DNA of 63,758 nt, the filler included, from Neoconidiobolus thromboides FSU 785 (lineage: Eukaryota > Fungi > Entomophthoromycota), in the NCBI GenBank assembly GCA_025603075.1. It is 9 parts of 9 records of this genome, joined end to end, with 100 filler letters (N's around TTAATTAATTAA, not from the genome) between each part and the next. Parts side by side here need not be neighbours in the genome. Positions count along the whole stretch, not along the records: positions 33,345 to 62,564 come from MU626493.1; positions 62,665 to 63,758 come from MU627041.1; 7 more parts are not named here. The stretch is one strand, 5' to 3'. Of this stretch, positions 60,949 to 63,758 are shown piece after piece. How positions within the stretch are numbered: position 1 is the first letter of the stretch; every line of letters starts with the position of its first letter. The translations under genes were made by a program, and so were the position numbers. The notes below the pieces were generated by a model, which made no database searches, was not told where the DNA came from, and was given only the letters and a program-made list of their open reading frames with translations.

Positions 60949-61329
60949 ATGGACACAGATGATATAATCAATATAGGAGTAACAATGGTCAAAGCCAAAG
61001 AACTAAAAAATATGGATATGCCCCTATTGGGGAAGAATGATGCCTATGCTAAAGTGAAAATTAAACAACAAGAATATAAAACTTCAGTAAAAAGAAATGC
61101 AGGTAGTCAATGTACTTGGGAAGAAACATTTCATTTAAGGTTAGAAAAAGGGGATAAGATAGAAATTGAAGTATGGGATGAAGATTTATTAAGGGATGAT
61201 TTTATTGGTTCTGTTTCTATTCCCTCAGACGTGATTTTTTCAGAGGGCTCGATTGAGGGCTGGTATCAACTTTATCAAGGTCATAAACAAAGTGGTAAAA
61301 TCTTTTTGAAGATTCATTATTTACCTTGA
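60949..61329 (+). CDS. Single C2-domain protein
   Basis: VTMVKAKELKNMDMPLLGKNDAYAKV, WEETF, IEVWDEDLLRDDFIG acidic Ca-binding loops. Confidence 0.9.
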   Translation: MDTDDIINIGVTMVKAKELKNMDMPLLGKNDAYAKVKIKQQEYKTSVKRNAGSQCTWEETFHLRLEKGDKIEIEVWDEDLLRDDFIGSVSIPSDVIFSEGSIEGWYQLYQGHKQSGKIFLKIHYLP

Positions 61330-61785
61330 GGTTTATTTTTTTACTCTTTTTCTTCAAATAAATAATTGGAAGTTCAAAGTGATGAGGTTATTTGGCATTG
61401 TTTTGAGTTTTAGTTTATTAAGTAACATAAATCGAGATTGTTCTGTGGGATTATTAAGCTATTTTAATAAAATAAAATAAAATATACTTTATTTAAAGTA
61501 TACTGAAATTCATTATGTAAGGTTTATGAAATAGCTATCAAACCCCTCATTTAATGATAGATCATTTCTATTTTTCTTTATTTTAAATTACAAATGATAA
61601 GTTGGAATATGTCACAAATAAAGTAGGTTTGTTTTTCAATAGTAACAAATCCTATTTATTGAAAAGGTAATGCAAAATGTCCTTTTTCAAACATGTTAAA
61701 GGAGTAGGAACTTTTGATATTTAATTAATAATTAATGGAGATAATGAATAAGTTAACTAGGCTTTAAGAAAAGAGGATAATATTT

Positions 61786-62311
61786 GAGGATGTATTTTTG
61801 TATTCAAGATTTTACTCAATTTTTTCACTTAAATAGTGCTTAAAAGATGGAAAAAGTAATGAAGCCAAAAAAACACCCCCATTTAATAGATTTGAGGATG
61901 TTTTTGGCTTCATTTTTTTCATCTTTTAAGCATTATCTGAGTGGATTAATTATTAGTAAAATGTTGAACATGAAAATAGATTCCCATTCTTTAGTTTGTT
62001 GTTTTACTCATTTTTAAGAAACAAATGGAGATGTTTTGGCTTCATTTTTTCCGTCTTTTAAGCGCTATTTGAGTGGAAAAACTGGGTAGTAAAGTTCTTA
62101 AATAATCTGATCTAATTTAAAAAAACTATTTGTAGTATTTTGTTTATTTGTTTCATTTGACAGTTACAACATTTAGGGATGTATTTTTGTATTTGACTTT
62201 AAAACTCTATTAAATGGGGATGATTTTTTTGATTTCATTACTTTTTCCACCTTTTAAGCGCTATTTGAGTGGGAAATTTGTTAGTAAAATTCTTAACACA
62301 AAAATACATCC
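61786..62311. mobile_element. Dense MITE cluster (61786-61880 +, 61894-61985 -, 62027-~62105 -, stub ~62175, 62216-62311 -)
   Basis: Consensus matches; ATTT/ATTT and AAAT/AAAT duplications. Confidence 0.88.
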
Positions 62312-62479
62312 CAAATGGAGAGAATGACTAATAAAATCTAAAATAAAAAATAGGAACCTATGTCAAATAAGTATATTATTGACTGTTTATTTAAGAAACA
62401 TATTAAATTGATGAGATTCAAGTATATAAAAATAAGCAATCAATTAATATTCTTTTCGCCCAAAAAGATAAAATGGAGA

Positions 62480-62552
62480 TGATCCCGCCAGGGATCGAAC
62501 CTGGAATCGCTTGTTCCGTAGACAAGCGCCTTATCCATTGGGCCACGGGACC
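62480..62552 (-). tRNA. tRNA-Arg (ACG)
   Basis: GGTCCCG/CGGGATC acceptor stem, D-arm TGGCCCAATGGATAAGGC, anticodon arm CTTGT-CTACGGA-ACAAG, T-arm GGTTCGATCCC. 73 nt, no intron. Confidence 0.95.
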
Positions 62553-62664
62553 TTTTACTTTTCTNNNNNNNNNNNNNNNNNNNNNNNNNNNNNNNNNNNN
62601 NNNNNNNNTTAATTAATTAANNNNNNNNNNNNNNNNNNNNNNNNNNNNNNNNNNNNNNNNNNNN

Positions 62665-63758
62665 TCGATGCATCATGGTATATGCCAAATAGTCCACGAA
62701 ATGGGAAAGAAGAATACAAAGCGAAAAGAATTAAAGTAAGCTCGATTGTCCTTTATCAATATATAAAGACTAAAAAAAGATAGAATGCACGATTTTTTGA
62801 TCTTGGTGAATGTAGGGATAAAGCAAGTGAATATCCACATATGTTACCAAATCCTAATATGTTTTCAAATTATATGAGTTACTTTATATTAGTACTATGA
62901 ATACTAGTTATTAATAAAATTATATAGATAAGCTAAATATCAGTAATACCGATCATGTTGTGGTTTATGATGCTTCTGGTATCTTTTCTAGTTGTCGAAT
63001 ATTTTGGACTTTGAAAGTAATTTTAATAATAATTATTTTCTTCATATGCTTAATTTTTATAATTCAGGTTTTTGGTCATGAAAAAGTAAGTCTATTAAAC
63101 GGTGGTTTACCCAGATGGCTTAATGAAGGATATAACAATGACACTACAAATATTGAGTATAATAATGGTTTTAATGTAATATTTTAATCTAATTTTTGTT
63201 TGTGTTATTTATTTATTTATTTGTTAGAGCTATCCAATACCAAGTATTAATAGGGATTTGATTAAAGATTATAATCAAATAAATGAGCTAATTCGTTCAA
63301 ATAATTCATATAATATTTTAGATGCTAGACCAAAAGATAGGTAAAATAAATAAAAATTACTTTTTTATACAATTAATTTAGTTGTTAGATTTGATGGCAA
63401 AGTACCTGAACCAAGGGCAGGACTTAATAGTGGACATATGCCAAATTCAATCAACTTGCCATTTGGTGAATTGTTAACTAATCAACGATTCAAAGATAAA
63501 ACTCAATTAAATGAGTTATTTAATCATTTAAATATGAAAAAAGACCTCCCAATCATTACTTCTTGTGGTAATATTACTCCAAAATTGAAGAGTTCCAAAT
63601 TAATGACTTATTTTAGGCTCTGGGGTAACTGCGTGTATCTTATATTTTGGTTTAAAATATGCTCGATTTTATAATGAAGATGAAACACCACAAAGTATTA
63701 ATGATCATATGATATCTGTTTATGATGGTTCTTGGTCTGAGTATGCTGCAAGAAAAGA
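62665..63758 (+). CDS. TUM1: 3-mercaptopyruvate/thiosulfate sulfurtransferase (two-rhodanese), partial at both ends
   Basis: DASWYMP, RFFDL, PHMLP, VVVYD, VFGHEKVSLLNGGLPRW, DARP, SGHMPNSINLPF, spliced active site CG|SGVTA, YDGSWSEY. Confidence 0.92.

Noticed and set aside
2542-62311. Tc1/mariner (TA-duplicating) assignment for the GGGGATG MITE
   Set aside because: The apparent TA flanks come from ATAT sites; copies flanked by ATTT/ATTT, AAAT/AAAT and ATTA/ATTA show a 4-bp duplication.
62480-63758. Functional linkage of tRNA-Arg with the tRNA-thiolation sulfurtransferase TUM1
   Set aside because: An artificial spacer separates them, and tRNA-Arg(ACG) is not a target of U34 thiolation.

Overview
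Very AT-rich, intron-containing fungal DNA. The short GT-AG introns, Zn2Cys6 transcription factor, intronless F-box/LRR gene and GPLD1-like gene suggest an early-diverging fungus, plausibly Entomophthoromycotina such as Conidiobolus; this assignment is an inference. The window is nine contigs joined by artificial 100-bp spacers (44N-TTAATTAATTAA-44N), so adjacency across gaps is unreliable. A repeat-poor core block (about 34-43.5 kb) holds a METTL4/MT-A70-like methyltransferase, DUS3, VPS2, an AMPK/SNF1 beta subunit and a monoglyceride lipase. The remainder is accessory DNA with a P450, GPLD1-like phospholipase D, SDR, CAP protein, old yellow enzyme, F-box protein, C2 protein, tRNA-Arg(ACG), TUM1 and several small secreted Cys-rich proteins, two of which the ORF track missed. 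Main structural observations: (1) the first 14.6-kb contig is bracketed by ~685-bp inverted repeats that each carry the same orphan 204-aa gene; (2) about 28 copies of a ~100-bp MITE, many with 4-bp AWWT-type target duplications, share a terminus with a longer decayed Sola-like DDD transposon; (3) a TG..CA solo-LTR-like element is nested in that transposon, and both filled and empty sites are visible; (4) a secreted CAP gene lies inside this composite; (5) many mutations are C-to-T, often CpA-to-TpA. No database searches were run; all calls rest on motifs read from the sequence.
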